Shown in pieces: positions 1-11,904 of a stretch of 64,000 nt of DNA (positions within the stretch are counted from its first letter, which is position 1; every line of letters starts with the position of its first letter). The position numbers and the translations under genes were made by a program. The DNA is from Podarcis pityusensis (lineage: Eukaryota): NCBI GenBank assembly GCA_964106645.2, contig OZ067051.1; one strand, 5' to 3'. The notes under the pieces were generated by a model. The model was not told the DNA's origin and did not search any database. It saw only the letters and a program-made list of their open reading frames with translations.

Positions 1-1530
1 TAGATATAAGATTCAGAAAATTAAAAACTTCCAATTCTTCCTCTATCCGCTATGTAAAAACAATATTCACTTTGTCCTGTGAGGCGAGTTTCAAGTTCTC
101 ATGGTCACAGAGAGAAAGATTTATCTTTGTTGCTTTAACTTCGTAGCTGTGACACACAAAGGTGTCTTGGGGGTGTAGGGGACCCCGAGAGAAGGGTGAG
201 GTGGATTTGTGTTCTTCATCCTTGAGGAGCAACCCTGATGTGTTCGTGCGCCCAGGCGCACAGCTTCTGGAAAAGGTCCAAGTGGTGTATTTATAAAGCC
301 ACCTTTTGCTCTTCTCTTCCATTTTTGACTCCTGCCCCTTTCGGGAGAAGACTATTAAAAGCTCTCTCCTCTTTTTGAAACTCAGCGCTTAGCCCCCCGT
401 TGCCTCTGGGAAGTCTTTCATTAACCATTCCCCGGTGAGGCTGCCTTTGCGTCTGGCAGCTTCACAAAATCTATAAATAAGATATTTGTGTGCACATGTT
501 ATTGTGGCCCTCAGCTGTTTGAAGACTGGGGTGGGAAGAGGTGTCTTGCTGGAAACCAGGATGCAGAAGGAATAAAGGAGCTATGAAGGGAGAATGTTCA
601 TGTTAGATATGCAGAAATAAAAAACTGCTACCCTTGCTAGCTCTGTTCACCAACCCCACTCCCATTTCTTCCACATTAATAACCCAGATTTTCCCCTTCC
701 CACCTCAGGCAACTATACCAAGCTTGCTTTTCACCTTCCTGACCTGATTTCTTCATGCAAATGCAGGATTGTGATGAAGCACTACGAACCCTCCAATGGG
801 GGCTGTGTGACAACAGCCTTGCATTTTTATGTATATAGGAGGGAAAGTGGAACCCGTCCTCCGACTCTTAATCCACCTCCTTCAGCAAGATAGGCTGTGA
901 CCCTTTCCCTCCAAACTATCTGCTCATGCTAATAGCTTACTTTATTTTGAAAATATCAGCGTGGTCTTTCCAGTGCAAAAAGCTTGAGGCAGTTTACAGT
1001 AGCAGAAACACTTAAAAACAATGAAACCAACATGAAGTTATAACCAGGAAGAGCATCAACAATGGGGAGAGGCTCAGAGTCCTTCTGGCCAAGAACACTT
1101 TCAAGTCTGTAAAAAGATTGAAAACCACAGATGCTAAAAAGCTAAATCTAGGCGGTGCGGCAGAAGGAGACAATTTTAACCCGGCATGTAAAAACTATCC
1201 AAGGAAGATGTTGGCGATTCCGCAGCAGTGGCTGTACCCCAGAATTTGTTCTGCTTTGTGAAGCCACGGTTTTATTTTCCCATCGGTATGGCTTTTGGAG
1301 CATGGCCTTATCAGGATTTTAAAGCACAGGTCCATTTCTGAGGCCCAGGGTTGCCTTAACTGCAACCAGCCTGCCGCCCATCGGGTAGGGCAGGTTGCAA
1401 ATGCAACAGTACCAGTATCACGATGACATTTTTCTCCTGAGACAATTGCAAGACAAAGATGTCAGTGCAGGGGCAGCAGGTAAAGTGATGTGCTGTTCTA
1501 CACACTTAAGATGCCAGGTCTGCACAACCC

Positions 1531-1598
1531 CCATAGCTCAGTGGTAGAGCATCTGTTTTGCATGCAGAAGGTTGCAAGTTCGATCCCCGGCATCTCCA
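1531..1598 (+). mobile_element. tRNA(Ala-like)-derived SINE head, squamate SINE
   Basis: A box TAGCTCAGTGG and B box GTTCGATCC are present, but the acceptor stem is broken. A probable tail of the same SINE lies at ~2058-2115, and a similar copy at 21002-21135. Confidence 0.65.
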
Positions 1599-1699
1599 GT
1601 TATTACTCCTGACGGTATTGTTACGATTAAACTTATTTATTGCTTCTTTGCCGCAGCAACTCAAAGCGATTTACAGAATTTTAAACAAAAATCTTACTC

Positions 1700-2050
1700 T
1701 GACATACATAAAAGCCAACATTTTAAAAACATGAAAAGACAAATCCATTAAATATATATATAGATTAAAACATCCCACTCAGGCAAAAAGGTAGTTGATA
1801 GTTGAAAACCTGATGAAGAAGGAATCTTTTCCTGGCGCCTATAGATACGTAATGGTGGTGCCAGGCGAGCCTCCCTGGGGAGAGTATTCCACAAGCAGGG
1901 AGCCACCACTGAAAAGGCCTGTTTTTGTGTTGCTGCCCCCTGGACCTCCTGTGGAAAGGACAGATAAAGATGGGCTTCAGATTATGATTGCAGGGTGCAG
2001 GTCGGTTAATATGGGCAGAGTTGGCCCTTGAGACACAGGGGCTCTGAGCC
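1700..2050 (-). mobile_element. L2 LINE 3' fragment (degenerate)
   Basis: Resembles the reverse complement of the L2 ORF2 C-terminus (AFSVVAPxLWN region) seen in the better copies at 9860 and 25190. Confidence 0.6.
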
Positions 2051-2259
2051 ACAGAAGACTAATAATAAGCCAGATTGACCTATGGTCCGACTCTGTATAT
2101 GGCTGCTGTCTGTGCATCCTTCTGGTTTTGGCACACTTACCCTGGTCATGAAATGATCAGGCTACATGTTGATGGGGAAACTCAGGGTTTGATGACATTA
2201 CTACATGAGCCAGTGCAAGCCTAAACATAAGAGGGCTGCCATTTGTTTGTTTTTTAAAA

Positions 2260-2724
2260 TAAGAATTTTATTAACAATTTCAACATAACAAATTATCAAA
2301 ACAAATCATCTTCATTATTTCCCCCCCTTTCCCCCCTCTCACCTTCCCTCAGCTCCTGTTTTTGATTTCTCAACTCATGTTATTTTCTGCATATTGTAAA
2401 ATTGCATACTTCCTTGTATTATCTATCTACTATATTAACCCTCACTAAATTTGTGTATGTTTATTCAAAACCTGCCAAGGAGTCCAGTTCATTTTGTTGT
2501 CTTTTTAAATAATTTGTAAAAAGTTCCCATTCTTCTTTAAAGTCACAGTTGTCCTTATCTTGCAATTTGTATGTCAATTTCTCCAGTTCTGCATAGTTCA
2601 TCAATTTCTCTTGCCACTGTTCTTTTGTCGGGGTTTCCTCATTCTTCCATCCTTGTGCTATCAAGACTCTTGCTGCTGTTGTAGCATACATGAATAAGTG
2701 CAGGGCTGCCGTTTTTGACAGCAA
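2260..2724 (-). mobile_element. L1-clade LINE 3' end (ORF2 C-terminus + 3'UTR), 5'-truncated
   Basis: Translates as LFMYATTAARVLIAQGWKNEETPTKEQWQEKLMNYAELEKLT...WELF, typical of non-mammalian L1 ORF2 ends. An A-rich tail lies on the minus strand. Confidence 0.75.
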
Positions 2725-2863
2725 TGTGTGTCTCCTTCACTGAAATGCTGAGCTGCAACTCAGCTTGCATTAAAACCGGTGGGTCTGCACGGGAGAAAGT
2801 GTATAAAGAGAAGACCCTCCAGACTCCCTAGCCTGTCCTTTAAACCTGTGCTAAGTCCTAGTC

Positions 2864-3351
2864 CAGGGGTCTGCAACCTTTAAGACAAAAAGAGCCACTT
2901 GGACCCGTTTCCGAAGAAAAAAAAACTGGGAGCCGCAAAACTCGTCATTATAAAAATAACTTTTTTGTCACTTTTTATTATTTCTTTGTTTGACCCCTCA
3001 GAATTACTCCTCCTCATAGAAATAAACGTTAAATTAACAAGTTACCTTTTTGTGTGTGTGTGTTCTTCACTCCCCTTCAAAACAGTGACCAGCGTACATG
3101 CCCCCTTTCAATGCAGTGACCAGTGTACATGCCCCTTACAACGTAGCGGGCGGGAAGGTGACGTCGGGACAGTGCGTGACTAACGCACGCACTGCCCCCA
3201 TGCGACGTCACAGCCAGTACAGCGCCCGCCACAGTGGGGAGTGTCGGGGTGCACAATGCGCCTCCTCCCCTCGCTAGTATCCGCCCCGGAGCCGCGACAA
3301 AGGTGTAAAAGAGCCACATGCGGCTCCGGAGCCGCGGGTTGCAGACCCCTG
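2864..3351. mobile_element. hAT-type MITE
   Basis: TIRs CAGGGGTCTGCAACC / GGTTGCAGACCCCTG; 8-bp flanks TCCTAGTC / TCCTAGAC. Confidence 0.85.
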
Positions 3352-3359
3352 TCCTAGAC

Positions 3360-3611
3360 CATGGGTCGGCAACCTAAGGCCCAGGGGCCAGATACGGCCC
3401 AATCGCCTTCTCAATCTGGCCCGTGGACAGTCCGGGAATCAGCATGTTTTTACATGAGTAGAATGTGTCCTTTTATTTAAAACGCATCTCTGGGTTATTT
3501 GTGGGACATAGGAATTCGTTCATATATTTTTTTTCAAAATATATTCCGGCCCACCACATGGTCTGAGGGACAGTGGACCGGCCTACGGCTGAAAAAGATT
3601 GCTGACCCCTG
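3360..3611. mobile_element. hAT-type MITE (same family as 18347-18671)
   Basis: TIRs CATGGGTCGGCAA / TTGCTGACCCCTG; 8-bp flanks TCCTAGAC / TGCTAGAC. Confidence 0.85.
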
Positions 3612-3965
3612 TGCTAGACTGATCCTCTGAAGGTTGCTTTCCTCATTTTTCACATGCTTCTCCTCCCTCCTCGCCTTGGGAGAGGAGACATCTTTGTGTG
3701 TGTCTCTTGCGGAGCACAAAGAGCAGCCATGGCTCTGTTACTAGTCTGGCAGAACTCAGGCCTTCCCTATCAAATATGTGTTTCTTATTTTCTTAAACTC
3801 GGAGTGATTATAACCAAGGGCGAGGTGTGTTCTTAATCCAGCAGGGATCCAGCACTCAGTTCAGCTTCCAAACTGCATGTTTACATTCCATGACATAAGT
3901 TGGTGTGAGAGAAAAAAATTGTCAGTGAAATTCACGTCGCCTGACGGTTCTGCCTTCTCTCCTAG

Positions 3966-4176
3966 GAACCCGGCCCGGCAAAGATGGCCGTCACCAGCAG
4001 CAACATCCCTGGTGCAGAGAAGGTCCCCACCACAAAGTCCACCCTTTGGCAGGAAGAAATGAGGAGCAAAGACCAGCCAGATGGCAACGGAGGACTCAGC
4101 CCAGCCCCAAGCCCTGTGCAAGGCCAGGCCCCCGCTGGATGCTCCTTGAAGGAGCCATCGCTGGACAGCAAGGAAG
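3966..4176 (+). CDS. MPRIP: MPRIP internal exon (EPGPAKMAVTSSNIPGAEKVPTTKSTLWQEEM...LDSKE)
   Basis: Acceptor cctag, donor G|GTAAGG, phase 0 to 1. Matches the recalled MPRIP linker AEKVPTTKSTLWQEEM. Confidence 0.93.
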
Positions 4177-4634
4177 GTAAGGGTTGAACCCTGAACCCAG
4201 ACAGAACAGAGAGGACAAGGCCGGCACAGAAGGTCTGGGGTCAACCATGTTTTTTGCACATGGGACGTGCTGTGTTAGCACACCTGATATCCCACACCTC
4301 CGCGTTTCGGAAGATAACTGCGTAAAGCACGGAGGCCTTGCGAAATTTAAGCACAGAGACCCTGTCCCTCCACTTATCTTTGCTGCTGCGAAGGATTGTG
4401 TAACATCCAAAGAGAAGAAGTCAAGTCTCTCCTGTTTTGAAGGAACGTGTTGACTTCCCAGTGACCCTGTCCGAATATGTTATGGCTCTGGCCTGCTGGA
4501 GCTGGGATTGTATCTGAGAATAGCAAAGATAAATCCAAGGCTAACACGCCGTAAAGAGAATGGTTTGGCAGAGCTGCAGGGGCTGATTTGGGTGGCTTCA
4601 GGCGCGTCCCAAGAACAGCATGTTCATCGTGAGA

Positions 4635-4835
4635 GTCAGCGAGGTTTTAGTGGTTAGGTTCCCGGACGACGTTCCCGGCTGTGAAATTCTCACTGGGTGA
4701 CCTTGGAGTCTGGTCGCTGCCTCTAGGCCTAACCTACCTCACAGGGGTGTTGGGTGGATTAGATGGGGGGGGGGAGAACCTTGCACTCCACCTTGAGCTC
4801 CTCAGAGGAAATCGTGGCATGAAATTCAACAATAA
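4635..4835 (+). mobile_element. MIR/CORE-like SINE (other copies ~10215-10385 -, 19780-19990 -, 24505-24640 +, 28480-29175 -, 48490-48690 -)
   Basis: Core-like GGGTGACCTTGG...CCTAACCTACCTCACAGGG motif recurs across the window. Confidence 0.6.
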
Positions 4836-5989
4836 ACAAAAACCTTGCGTGAGGCCTGGGTGAGGTGTACAGAGGAGGGAGTCTGAGAATTGGGAAGGGG
4901 CTGCAAGGGAGCTTTGCAAGCCCTGCCCAGCTGATGGGAGACCACCGTTCTTGTCGGCGGAGTCTGCATCAAACTCTGTGGATTGCATTGTTGGGCTGGC
5001 AGGGCTGTTGTTAATAATAAGAATAATAAGAATGATGATGTTTTATTTATACTCCGCCCTCCCCAGCTAAGACCTGGCTCAGGGCGGCTAACACCAGGTA
5101 TAAAACAATTGATTAAAATACAACTTGAAAACAAGATTAGAATGGAACATTAAAATGCAGCCTCATTTCAGTAGAAACTCAAATCATAAACTTTTTGGGG
5201 ATGAAAACGTCAAATCTTCACCCAAGTTGCCCAAGTGCAGCAAATCATTTTTCTTTTTCGCATGCAAGGAAGCAAAAGGCTGTGTGCTTGTGATTGGGGA
5301 CACGAGGGGGGAGCTAAACTCTGCCTCCAGGTGGCTCCCTGTGTCTCGTGTGTTGGGCTTCGACACCCTCTCGACTGTCTCCCAAACCTCCTTCCCCACT
5401 GCGAGCATCCTGACCTCACTCTTAAGTTCCGTTTCTTGACGGACCCTCTTTACCTCGCACTTTCCCAAAACATTGCAGAGTTTGGGAACTGGCGACGTTT
5501 ACACAATTTAAATAATGCGAAGAGGTGTCTGGATCTTGAATGTGTTTGCTAACGCGCCCCCCATACCACCTCTAGATAGGGGGCAATAGGACTTTTGCCT
5601 CCAACTGATAATAAACTGCGGAATGCCTTGATTTTATTTTGCATCTCTCGGCTCACCACCTGAACTACCCGGCATTTCTTGTCAAACAGTGATTTCCTCT
5701 CTCATTCTCCCATCCCCAGTGGTTTGCCTCATCCCACTGCCCCCCATCTCCTCTGATTAGTCTGCCAGCAGCTCTGCTGCATTGTTCTCCACGAAACAAT
5801 AAGGGCTAGAGATCTCCTTCCTGTTCAGGATGATGAGTTTTCCCCTTGGCTACCTAGGAAGAGGCAGTGTTTCCCTCCTCCTTTATCTGTGTTTCAAGGC
5901 TGGCTATCAAAAGAGCTTGTTTTCTTCCTTGCCTTCCTCTCAGGAGGTTCACCATTCTCGCATGAGCAATGCTTGGGATAAACCAAGAT

Positions 5990-6350
5990 GGGCTTTTTAT
6001 TTATTTTTTGCCCCTGGTACCAGAAATGTTCGACTTCCCACCCCATTTTCCATGCCCAATATCTTCTCTCTCTTATCACATCACATCCATACTATATTCT
6101 CTTAATTCCTTCTGTTGCTCCTATTTCAAATCCTGCTTGCGAGTTCATCATACTACTACATTTTCTTGAAAGGGCTTTCATTCTTCCACAAAGCAATTGT
6201 CATTAGAATCTCTTACTCTGGCAATTAATTTTGCCAATTCTGCATAGTCCCTCACCTTACTTACCCATTCCTTGGTGGGAACGTCTTCTTCCTTTCATTT
6301 TTGTGTGTGGGGAATCCTAGCCGACGTTGTTACATACACAAACAACTTTA
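5990..6350 (-). mobile_element. L1-clade LINE 3' fragment (older)
   Basis: Similar to the 2260-2724 copy (TCTGCATAGT...TTGTTACATAC), with frame disruptions. Confidence 0.55.
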
Positions 6351-6489
6351 ATGCTGGTTTTAAATGGTGTTTTGATGTCCTTTCAACTTGCTCTTTTTAG
6401 CCAGTTTGCTTTGTATTTTATAACTTTCAGTAGTGCTGTAAGCTGCCTTGAATCCCAATAATGATGATGATAATATGAATATAATATAC

Positions 6490-6770
6490 TATAATGGAAT
6501 AATATTTATACATTCATACATATATGCCTTGTCCATCTGGTTGAGTTTCCCCAGCCACTCTGGGCAGCTCCCAACAGAATATTAAAAACACGATAAAACA
6601 TCAAACATTAAAAACTTCCCTAAACAGGGCTGCCTTCAGATGTCTTCTGAAAGCCAGATAGTTGTTTATTTCCTTGGCATCTAATGGGAGGGTGCCACTG
6701 CCAAGAAGGCCCTCTGCCTGGTTCCCTGTAACCTCACTTCTCGCAGTGGGGGAACCGCCAGAAGGCCCTC
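6490..6770 (-). mobile_element. L2 LINE 3' end
   Basis: Translates as EGLLAVPPLREVRLQGTRQRAFLAVAP; closely similar to the 9860 and 25190 copies. Confidence 0.85.
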
Positions 6771-6912
6771 AGGAGAAAGGTGGGTGGTGTTTATAATATT
6801 ATATAAGCAAGTCCCACCCCACCGATCTACAAAGCCCTTAGTTCCCTGCGAGGAGGGAGGGGGCACCCAAAGGCAGCCCAGTCACCTCCAGCTTCTCCTT
6901 GCCTCCTCACAG

Positions 6913-7432
6913 ACGACAGCAGCATGCACGGCGACCGAAGCGACAGTGGGCGGAAAACCCGGGTGGAGAGCGGCTACTTCTCCTTGGAGAAGACGAAACA
7001 GGATGGGAAGCCGGATGAGCAGCAGCTGCCGACCCCGCCATCCCCTCCCAGCCCCAGCACCCCCAACAACAGGTACAGTGACTCCCAGTCGCCCTCCCCG
7101 GAGCAGAGCTGCCCCTTTCCTTCCCCAGGTGGCCCCCCAGGCAGCCGAATGGTGTACAGCTTCTCCCTCAACTGCCTGGACTTGACGAGCGACTCCATGT
7201 CCGGCTGCGAGGACTCGGCAGTGAGAGACGGGGCGAGGGGAGCCGAGAGGCCGGGCCGCCCCCTTTCCTTTAGAGCAAGCCGGCAGTACGCCACCCTGGC
7301 GGATGTCCCCAAGGCTGTCAGGATTAGTAACCGGGAGGCTTTCCAAGCGGAGAGGAAGAGGCTGGAGCGGCGTTCCCGAGCTCGCAGCCCCGGAAGGGAA
7401 GAGGTGGCTCGGCTCTTTGGCAGCGAAAGGAG
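6913..7432 (+). CDS. MPRIP: MPRIP exon with two alternative donors (short form ends 7072, long form ends 7432)
   Basis: Acceptor cacag; translates as RVESGYFSLEKTKQD...PSPSTPNNR. Donors AG|GTACAG (7072) and AG|GTAAGG (7432) are both phase 2 and 360 nt apart. Confidence 0.9.
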
Positions 7433-8694
7433 GTAAGGAACGGGCGGCAGCGCCGCCGACGGGTTTCTCGTTCAGAGGAAGCCGGTTGGCTCCTGGCAGA
7501 TGAAGTTCACGGCGCCTCTCGCGGCGTTTCTCCAATTTGGGTCTCCTGTTGTCGGACTACAAATCCCATCATCCCTGGCCACCGGATGATGGGCCTTGTA
7601 GTCCATCAACAGCTGGAGGCCCGAGATGGAGAGATGCGGCAACGTTTGAGTGGGGTTTTGAGCTGGCCTGCTGGGCACAAATAGGGCAACCTCCGCAAGT
7701 CCATTTTTGCTGGGTGGGTGGCGTTAAGTGTGGCCCGACCAAGTGGCATTTCAAGAGATCACTCGGTTGTGCAGAAGAAGGGATACTGGGATCCGGATTC
7801 GCAAATGGCAAGGCAGCCAGGAAGCTGAAAGCAGGTGCAGGCAACTCCCTACTTGTGCGTGACCCCCAAAAGTTATTGGTTTAGCTGCCTCCCAGAGCAC
7901 CGCACCCAAGCCCTGAAACTATATATCACTGCATCCAGGATGCAAAGGAACTCCTTTTCCTTGGACATGGCTTTAATGCAGGGCTTTTGTGGGTATCGCA
8001 CAGCATGGGCAAGGAGTCTGGTATCTGGTTCGGGGCTTGGAAAATGTTAGCTTTCTTCGGAAAGAAAGGCGGAGCAAGTTGCTGGACCTCGTGCTTTTGA
8101 AGCAAAGCGCAGAGAAAGCCTCCAAAATTAAAGAGTGGGTCGGCACCAGGTTTTAACTCAGTTGGCGGTTGAGTTTAAAGCTTTGCACAACTGTCTCTCT
8201 CCCCGCCCCACATATTTCCCTAGGCAATGCATGTGTGGGAAGTCTGGCATGTATGCTGGCCTAGCTTAATGAGCTGTGATGGAGACTCAAGGAGACGTCG
8301 TTTAGTGGAGCTGAATAAGCTGTAAAATACCTTGGTATGGGCACAATAGCTGGATTGGTGCAATAGCTCTGCTGATGTGCAAGGCCCATATTTGCAGCTG
8401 CAAAGGTGTATTGCAGACATACAACCGTGTGTGTGTGTGTGTGTGTGTGAGTGACATTCCAGACCCCTCACATATAATAGTTGAAACTTGCCTTTCCAAA
8501 TCAACTCTCTCTCTCTCGTTTTCTCGGCATGACGAGGCCTGCAGATAAAACGACAAGAGAGCAGGAGGCACAGGACCAGAGGGGAGAAAGCTGTCTTCTC
8601 TCTTTTGCTCGCTCTTGATTCCCGACAGGCATGTTCACTCGAGCAGGTTTCTGACGAGTGGCTGCGGGGTCTTTTTGCATTTGTCTCCAGTATT

Positions 8695-8810
8695 CACAGA
8701 ATCACAGCAGTTGGAAGGAGACCTGAGGGTCTTCTAGTTCAACCCTCTGCAACGCAAGGATCTTTTGTCCAACGTGGGACTTGAACCCGCGACCCTGAGG
8801 TTAAGAGTCT
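8695..8810 (-). mobile_element. SINE with tRNA-Lys-like head and CR1-derived 3' tail
   Basis: Minus strand reads AGACTCTTAACCTCAGGGTCGCGGGTTCAAGTCCCACGTTGG, followed by the CR1-type tail CCTTCCAACTGCTGTGATTCTGTG. Confidence 0.65.
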
Positions 8811-8917
8811 ACCCCAGACAGATTATGCTGTGGTGTTGACCCTCGCACCAAGAAGCAAAAGTACAAGGGGTGGCAAGAATATTGGGGGATTCTTGGGCCA
8901 CATTGGTTAGGCTGCCT

Positions 8918-9210
8918 TACATTTAAAGCACTTTTGTACAACTTTCAACAGCCCCAAAGAATTCTGGGAGATGTAGTTTGTTAAGGGTGCTGAGAGTCGT
9001 TTGGAGACCCCTATTCCTCCCGCAGAGCTACGATTCCCAGAGTGGCTTAGCAGTCAGTCCCTCTTACCAGGGAAATCTGGGAACTGTGGGTCTGGGAGGG
9101 AAATAGGGAGTCTCCTAATAACTTTCAGCACCCTTAACTAATTACAATTTCTGGGATGCATTAGGGGGAGAAATTATTTCTCCAGAGGTATAAATAGTGC
9201 TTTAAATGTA
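8918..9210. mobile_element. Palindromic non-autonomous DNA element (MITE)
   Basis: Termini TACATTTAAAGCACT / AGTGCTTTAAATGTA, with internal arms GTTAAGGGTGCTGA / TCAGCACCCTTAAC. Confidence 0.7.
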
Positions 9211-9786
9211 GGGGATGGTATTGTGTTAGATTTTACTAAGAGAATAATTGGCCTCATTTAGTTGTCTTCATTACTTCCAGTGGGTCTCCTCTGAGTAGCC
9301 CACAGTGTGGATGTGGTCTTAGTGTAGAAACAACCAGGACATTCTGCAGGTCATTCAAGATAAATCACAGGCACCTAGAAGTTCTCACCAGGGACCCCGC
9401 TCAGGCCTCGGTTCCTGCAGTGATCCTAAGCTGCTGCTCGCATGAGATCTAGGAACTGTTTGCAATGGGAAAGTTACATTTTTCGGGATGACCCTTTTTG
9501 CGCCGGGTACCAGTCTCCATGCACGCATGGGTGGGGAATTCCCTCGCAGGTGAGACCCTCCTCATGGTTCTTTCCTGACATGTGCCCAGAAGGTACAGGC
9601 TTCATGTAACTTCGAAGGCCTGGCAGGTGGCTGGGCCCCCTCTCCCAGAGCCGCTTAGCTGAGTGTGTGACACACCTTGTCGTGTCTTTTGAAAAATGGA
9701 GGGAGAATGTACATGCCCCAAGAAGTGGTCCCCTTTCCAGGTTCCTGGATTGCAGGATTCATTAGTGTTGCTGTGAAACTGGGGAA

Positions 9787-9827
<41 letters not shown>

Positions 9828-9859
9828 CCTTGCGCATGTGGCTGGGTTTCCCAACAGAA

Positions 9860-10220
9860 TTAATGATAATAATAATAATAATAATAAAGAGATAAAACAT
9901 CAGACATTAAAAACTTCCCTAAACAGGGCTGCCTTCAGATGTCTTCTAAAAGTCAGATAGTTGTTTATTTCCTTAACATCTGATGGGAGGGTGTTCCACA
10001 GGGCAGGTGCCACTACCGAGAAGGCCCTCTGCCTGGTTCCCTGTAGCTTCACTTCTCGCAGTGAGGGAACCGCCAGAAGGCCCTTGGAGCTGGACCTCAG
10101 TGTCCGGGCTGAACGATCAGGGTGGAGAAGCTCCTTCAGGTATACTGGGCCGAGGCCGTTTAGGGCTTTAAAGGTCAGCACCAACACTTCGAATTGTGCT
10201 CAGAAATGTCCTGGGAGCCC
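9860..10220 (-). mobile_element. L2 LINE 3' end with (TTA)n-type tail
   Basis: Translates as LVLTFKALNGLGPVYLKELL...RQRAFSVVAPALWNTLPSDVKEI...FREVFNV; (AAT)n tracts at 9786-9885. Confidence 0.9.
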
Positions 10221-11419
10221 AAAGGAAACTAGGCAGCTTGTTGAGCAGGGCAGGCCAACTTCTCAGACCAAGTGGGCCGCAAGAATCCTCGGAACAATGC
10301 CTTGCTCAAGGTCCCCCAGTGAGAGCTTCATGACCGAGCAGAGATTTGAACCCTGGTCTCCCAGGGTCCAACACTCTAACCACTGCTCTGTGCTGGTTTA
10401 GCCTTACGTGCAAACCAGCTTGGCGTGACTCCACTCCCGTCGTGAGCTTTTCCTGCCCTGCTAGCAGCTGCCAGTGATTGCACAAGTGTAACATCTGAAT
10501 GAAGTCCCAGAATGCAAAGAAGCATGGATTTTTTTTTGGGGGGGTGTCATTAGCAAAATATCCAACAGGAGATGAATGGGGCTGCTGTGTACAGCCTCTC
10601 TGGTTACCCTCCAGCCATCCTGGTGTCTGAAACTCTCCTAAGAGGCGTGCAACCCTTAAGAACAGCTGGATCCAGCCGGCATCTGGCTTCCAGAAATGTC
10701 TGGGGAAACTCTTTAGCAGGGTGTGGACACTGCAGCCTTCTTGTTGCTCGTCCCTTAGCGTCTGCTCTTGGGATTTGCCATGTTCCCTCTGGCCATGGAG
10801 GTCCTCCTGAGCTGTCGCGGTTAATAGCTGTCAATCAGCTCTCTCCTCCGCAAAGGCGTCTTCTGTATCCAGGTGGGCTGGCGCAGGACGGTTTTCGGAG
10901 CCCTGCCTGCGGCCACCTGCAACGGCGAATTAACATTGCCCTGCAACCCCCCCCCCTTCCCCTTCTGCTTGGCTCCTGGCTGCTTCTCTGCTTTCCCCAC
11001 TTTGCTTGTTGCTTATTAACATTCTTCTCCCACCTGTGAGTCGGTTCTGTTGCCGTTTGTGGAGCTGAGCAAACTTGTTCCAAGCATCTGGTGTCTGTTT
11101 TTGCACCTGGACTTTCCTCCTCCTCTATTTGTGCCTGATCTCCGTTTGTGCATGGGAGTCCACTCCCCACTTACCACTCCCACCCCTGTCACAAACACAT
11201 ACTGCACATGCCAGGGTCCCAAGGAACAGACCAAGCGCTTTAAAAACAGCCAGCAAAATCCCAAACTCACATACTGCCTCCTGCCTTAGTCCCTCTGGGT
11301 CTTGGATTTCTTGTGCCAATTCTAATGTTCTCTGAGGGGCTGCGGGGTTATTCTAGCAACAGCCCAGAGCAAACAGTCCTTAGAACTAGTTACAGGTAGG
11401 TAGCTGGGTTGCTCTGCCA

Positions 11420-11800
11420 TGTTGTTGTTGTTTAGTCATTTAGTCGTGTCCGACTCTTTGTGACCCCCTGGACCAGAGCACGCCAGGCACTCCTGTCTTC
11501 CACTGCCTCCCGCAGTTTGGTCAAACTCATGTTAGTAGCTTCGCGAACACTGTCCAACCATCTCGTCCTCTGTTGTCCCCTTCTCCTTGTGCCCTCCATC
11601 TTTCCCAGCATCAGGGTCTTTTCCAGGGAGTCTTCTCTTCTCATGAGGTGGCCAAAGTATTGGAGCCTCAGCTTCAGGATCTGTCCTTCCAGTGAGCACT
11701 CAGGGCAGATTTCCTTCAGAATGGAGAGGTTTGATCTTCTTGCAGTCCATGGGACTCTCAAGAGTCTCCTCCAGCACCAGAATTCAAAAGCATCAATTCT
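11420..11800 (-). mobile_element. RTE-BovB LINE 3' end, 5'-truncated
   Basis: Translates as RVPWTARRSNLSILKEI...LKLRLQYFGHLMRREDSLEKTLMLGKMEGTRRRG...VTKSRTRLND; (CAA)n tail. Confidence 0.93.
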
Positions 11801-11904
11801 ATAGTTGAAACAAATTAAATTAAATTAAATTAAAAAATTCCTCCCAGTAGCATCTTAGAGACCACCTAAGTTAGTTATTGGTATGAGCTTTCGTGTGCAT
11901 GCAT

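Noticed and set aside
1531-1598. Functional tRNA-Ala gene
   Set aside because: The acceptor stem cannot pair, the T stem is disrupted, and the same head occurs in SINE context at 21002.
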